Shown piece after piece: positions 60,627 through 64,000 of a DNA stretch of 64,000 bases (positions within the stretch are counted from its first letter, which is position 1; the number at the start of each line of letters is the position of its first letter). The position numbers and the translations under genes are program-made. This DNA comes from an uncultured bacterium. Lineage in GTDB: Bacteria > Armatimonadota > Abditibacteriia > Abditibacteriales > Abditibacteriaceae. The notes under the pieces are model-generated. The model did not search any database. It was not told where the DNA came from and saw only the letters and a list, made by a program, of their open reading frames with translations. Where the stretch lies: NCBI GenBank assembly GCA_963843795.1, contig CAWJLW010000006.1:3174375-3238374 (forward strand). The letters run 5' to 3'.

Positions 60627-60848
60627 AACCGAAATCTCAGAAGCAAAACGCACTCTGCAAGTACTTGCGCATGTACTTGCAGAGTGCGTTTTCTTTTTTC
60701 TGGCATCATGAAGAATAACCTCATGCAATTTCCGCATTTGAAATTTTCAAAAATCGCTAGTCTTCATGAGTGGCTGATGGCGTTACACGAACGAGAAAAC
60801 GTCGAAAAACTGCTGTCGCGTTTAACTTGAGGAAAGGCAGTGACGCAT

Positions 60849-60888
60849 AAAAAGACCGCGCAGAACGAGGTCGGCTCGTCTGCGCGGC
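60849..60888 (-). terminator. Intrinsic terminator (minus strand)
   Basis: CCGCGCAGACGAG-loop-CTCGTTCTGCGCGG followed by TCTTTTT. Confidence 0.7.
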
Positions 60889-61031
60889 TATACACCAGTC
60901 GGGCAACTGGTAAAGATTATTATCGAACGAATGAGCTACTCTGGCTGTTAAATACTTTACATTCCAGTTGATAATTTTCTCAGCAAACACGGTTGAAACC
61001 GCTTGAAAGCTTTTGAAAGCCTTTGTCGTTT

Positions 61032-63845
61032 TCACGGCATCCACCACGATTTCATTTCACACGCGCCGAAATCTATCGTCACATTTCCACCTCTGGTCAG
61101 CGTTTTTTTGCTCACCGCATCTTTCAATTCGCCATTGCGCGGCAACTTGATCTGAGCCTTGGTCTTTGGTTTCAAACCGGTGTTAATAGCGGCATACCAA
61201 GTACCTTGGTTGGGTGTCGTTATTTCGCGGACGACGATTTCTTTGTCGTTTGAAGCATTGGGCACGATGCGGCTCGGCAACGCGGGCAGCGCCAGAAAAG
61301 CGCTGTTGAAAGCGCGCGCATATTCAGGAAAGCCACGCCCGAAATTGTTGCCCGACAAGTAACCGATTTCAGTGGGATCGCCGTTCGCCATCGCACGCAC
61401 TTCAGCCAGCATTGAATACGGCCCGGCACTTTCCATATCGGCCACGAAATAGCCGAGCTTTTCTTTCTCGGCGCGGTCGAACATCATGTTCTCATTAAGC
61501 GAATAAAAACGGATCATCGCCAAGCGATCTGGGCCGCGAAATTCATCAAAGGTTTTGGGTGATGCGACCGTATAGGCGCGATTAAACGCGTGAGTCATTA
61601 AAACACCCGCATCGTTTTTGTAACTTTGCGGATCGGCCCACGGGTTACTGTATTGCCATTCCCATCCGCCCCACGTATTAACCGGAGATGTTAAAGCCTG
61701 ACCATACAAATTTTGCTGTGCGACTTGTTCGGGCGTTAAAATCGTGGTTGGCTTGTCGTCTTTGCTCAGCTTTCCGTTCAAAATCGGTTGCCAGAATGGG
61801 ACGTCGTCGGTTACAAAACGCTTGTCCCAACCGGAAAACCCAACGCCCGGTTCGCTGGTAACCGGCGTGAACATGACCAGCGGATTCGCGATGCCATTGG
61901 CCATCAAATAATCGCGCATCGCGTCCAAAAACGCGCGCCGCTTTTGAAACCACCAATTTTCGTAACGCGCCAAAAGCGCTTTATCGGCGATGAGATTTTG
62001 ACGCGTGACGGGCTTTTGGTCGTTGGCTTCAGCGACGAAACGCGCCAACGTAGCATCGGCAAAGCTCATCGGCATTTGGCCACGCGAACGCAGCCAGATT
62101 CCAACAAACGGCGCTTTCTTCGCCTGACGCACGACGGTTAAATCGAGCATCTTCTTGAAATCTTCAAAGGTATCGGGATCGGTCAAATCGGCGTTGGACG
62201 CTTCGATCCATTCGATATGGGTATAAGCATCGTCGCGCGTTAAGGGTTTGGCGCGCCGCTCGTTGCCCAAACCTTTGTAGCCTTTGCTGCCCGAATATTC
62301 GTAATACGGCAGCACACCAAAACCTTCTTGTCCCATCAATTCGACGATTTGGCCCCACAAATCTTTGGTATCGCCATCGAAGAACGCCCAATCGTTGCCA
62401 CCCAACGCTGAAGTATCCCAATGTTGCACAGCACCGAATTCGAGCAAATCTTTGGCGTAAGTATTCATGCCCAGAAAGTGCATCTGCCGTGCTTTGTAGC
62501 GGTACCAATCGAGCCGATTATCCACACCGCGCTCTGTGGCTTTGCTACTTTGGATCACCCCATCGGACATTTCTTCGCGCCAGAACAAATGGCGCTGCGG
62601 CAAACCTTGCGGCAAATTCACCGGCGCGTTCAAATCTTGCGGTTCCAACACTTCAAACAAACGAATGCGCGCGACCGCTGCGCCCTGTGAAGCGGGAATG
62701 TTATCGGCAGAGAACTGCGCGATAGTGACAGGAAAGCCATCTTCGGGTGCCAGCGCACGCTCGCCCGCGCCGCGAATGAAAGCGAGCTGTGGAAAACGGT
62801 CGTGGAGCGAAAACAGCATCTTCCAGTTTTCGTACTTTCCGCTGAGAGGCAAATTGAGCGACTCATTGAAATTATCGACATATTTGGGATGCAGCGCATC
62901 GCCCAGAGCGCGACCAGTCGCGAAGCCGCGCGAGGTTTCATTCCCACCATTCATCACGATCACGCTGCGCGAAGCGTCTTCGGGATATTCGATGTTCAGC
63001 ACATATTGTGCGCCCGGCTTAAGCAGTTTGTATTGTCCCAAACGCACCGTAAAATACGCGCTTTCTCCTTCAGTTTTGTTCAATACGCGCGCTTTGCGAC
63101 CCAGAATGGTTTCAACGCGGCTCGCGTTTTCCGGGCTTTGTGCGAATTTATGTCCGGGATTGTCCGCGCCCAGATCAACTTCATCGACAAGGGATAATTT
63201 GCCAAACGGTGCCATTTCGATAACGGGTCGCTGCGCCACTTCATCCTGCGCCCGTTTCAATTGTGCGGCGCGCTCGACTACTTCGCGCGCCGCAAGTACT
63301 TGCTGCGCCTGATAAGCGTTCCAACTCGCATCCGAAAACGCATCGAGCGCTAATTCGCCCGCATTGGCTCCGGCAGTTTTCAATTCGACGCGCAGATAGC
63401 GCGTTTTGGTGTTCAAGGGAATTTGCGCCCAACTGTTGTAGGCTTTGCCATCATAAGTGGCGATTTGTTTCCAATCGCCCGCTTTGCCCGCGTAAAAAAC
63501 CGTGTCGCCTTCGGCGTTGGTGTCATAGAGCCAGGCCGTTGCCAACGGCATTTCGCGCCCCAGATCAATGATGACCGCCGCCGGAAATTCTTTCTGAGTT
63601 TGCCAATCGGCTTTCCAACCATTTTGCGGCTGAGCTTTGGGCGATGTGCCAGATGGCTCGACGATTAAATTTTGCTCATCCGCCAGCCCCGAAAAATCGA
63701 CTTTCGCGTTTTCGCTTTGCAGCATCGCGGGCGTCAACGGAATGCGCACAGTTTGCGGTGCGGCAGTTTGCGCATGGCTGAGATTTGTTGACAGGATACT
63801 GGCCGCGCTCAGAAATAAAGTGCACAGAAACGATGATGGGTTCAT
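61032..63845 (-). CDS. Large secreted hypothetical protein (discoidin/CBM-like N-domain, possible glycoside hydrolase)
   Basis: Signal peptide; IIDLG...TRYLRVEL resembles an F5/8-type domain; the aromatic-rich remainder is unassigned. Confidence 0.6.
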   Translation of the reverse strand: MNPSSFLCTLFLSAASILSTNLSHAQTAAPQTVRIPLTPAMLQSENAKVDFSGLADEQNLIVEPSGTSPKAQPQNGWKADWQTQKEFPAAVIIDLGREMPLATAWLYDTNAEGDTVFYAGKAGDWKQIATYDGKAYNSWAQIPLNTKTRYLRVELKTAGANAGELALDAFSDASWNAYQAQQVLAAREVVERAAQLKRAQDEVAQRPVIEMAPFGKLSLVDEVDLGADNPGHKFAQSPENASRVETILGRKARVLNKTEGESAYFTVRLGQYKLLKPGAQYVLNIEYPEDASRSVIVMNGGNETSRGFATGRALGDALHPKYVDNFNESLNLPLSGKYENWKMLFSLHDRFPQLAFIRGAGERALAPEDGFPVTIAQFSADNIPASQGAAVARIRLFEVLEPQDLNAPVNLPQGLPQRHLFWREEMSDGVIQSSKATERGVDNRLDWYRYKARQMHFLGMNTYAKDLLEFGAVQHWDTSALGGNDWAFFDGDTKDLWGQIVELMGQEGFGVLPYYEYSGSKGYKGLGNERRAKPLTRDDAYTHIEWIEASNADLTDPDTFEDFKKMLDLTVVRQAKKAPFVGIWLRSRGQMPMSFADATLARFVAEANDQKPVTRQNLIADKALLARYENWWFQKRRAFLDAMRDYLMANGIANPLVMFTPVTSEPGVGFSGWDKRFVTDDVPFWQPILNGKLSKDDKPTTILTPEQVAQQNLYGQALTSPVNTWGGWEWQYSNPWADPQSYKNDAGVLMTHAFNRAYTVASPKTFDEFRGPDRLAMIRFYSLNENMMFDRAEKEKLGYFVADMESAGPYSMLAEVRAMANGDPTEIGYLSGNNFGRGFPEYARAFNSAFLALPALPSRIVPNASNDKEIVVREITTPNQGTWYAAINTGLKPKTKAQIKLPRNGELKDAVSKKTLTRGGNVTIDFGACEMKSWWMP

Positions 63846-64000
63846 AGAAATTTTTCGATTTTCAGCAGGTTTTGACGCTGCAAGTACTTGCAGAAGAATT
63901 TAGGAAGTGGCAATGAAGACAATTGTATAGAAATGATGTTGCGTGTCGCGGCAAGTACTTGGCCACAACCAAAAACCGGAACATCTGCGTTCAATCAGAG

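Larger units (their letters stand above)
779..63962. repeat. Dispersed highly iterated palindrome GCAAGTACTTGC (often TGCAAGTACTTGCA)
   Basis: Perfect 12-mers start at about 784, 2126, 4651, 5801, 5830, 8077, 11585, 11922, 13259, 15266, 16848, 18581, 19771, 20505, 22171, 23690, 25287, 27212, 27769, 28959, 32236, 33656, 34690, 36890, 37034, 40771, 43521, 43714, 43797, 43971, 46209, 47790, 49004, 49601, 49952, 51526, 52243, 54112, 57083, 58039, 58955, 60657, 63292, 63880. There are also about 18 single-change variants. Confidence 0.98.

Noticed and set aside
60708..61047. Small ORFs between two terminators (40 aa on +, 96 aa on -) as a type I toxin-antitoxin pair
   Set aside because: There is no clear RBS, the peptide is not strongly hydrophobic, and the minus-strand hairpin is explained as the terminator of the 937-aa gene.
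779..63962. Palindrome copies as a CRISPR array or integron attC sites
   Set aside because: Spacing is irregular, the unit is only 12-14 bp, many copies are intragenic, and there is no cas gene, integrase or attC R-box structure.
779..63962. Motif as a known parS, matS, Noc or SlmA site, or an ordinary TF operator
   Set aside because: It shares only the AGTACT core with the SlmA site (GTGAGTACTCAC) and does not match the others. The density and intragenic spread are far above those of such sites.

Overview
This is a bacterial chromosome segment of moderately high GC. The DUF1559/H-X9-DG prepilin-like gene, the DUF1800/DUF1501 pair and the general gene content suggest an Armatimonadota/Abditibacteriota-like organism, but that is inference only. 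Positions 1-11.3 kb (minus strand) carry tuf plus the S10 and spc ribosomal-protein cluster, with a transaldolase gene inserted between rplC and rplD. The rest is housekeeping and accessory genes: mntH/USP, a LivK-like binding protein, an ECF sigma/anti-sigma pair, tRNA-Lys, hflX, kdsD, NlpC/P60, comF, pfkA, fba, an acyl-ACP desaturase, GH39/GH76, pgeF, tmk, nfo and others. I found no integrase, transposase, phage or CRISPR. The dominant unexplained signal is a highly iterated 12-bp palindrome, GCAAGTACTTGC, often extended to TGCAAGTACTTGCA. My manual count is about 44 perfect and about 18 near-perfect copies, roughly one perfect copy per 1.5 kb. It occurs in most intergenic spacers, at the centre of long terminator-like palindromes, as tandem doublets, and inside weakly constrained CDSs in all three frames, but not inside the ribosomal-protein or tuf CDSs. 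Several essential genes carry single-base indels that are most likely sequencing or assembly errors. All counts and coordinates were read by eye.
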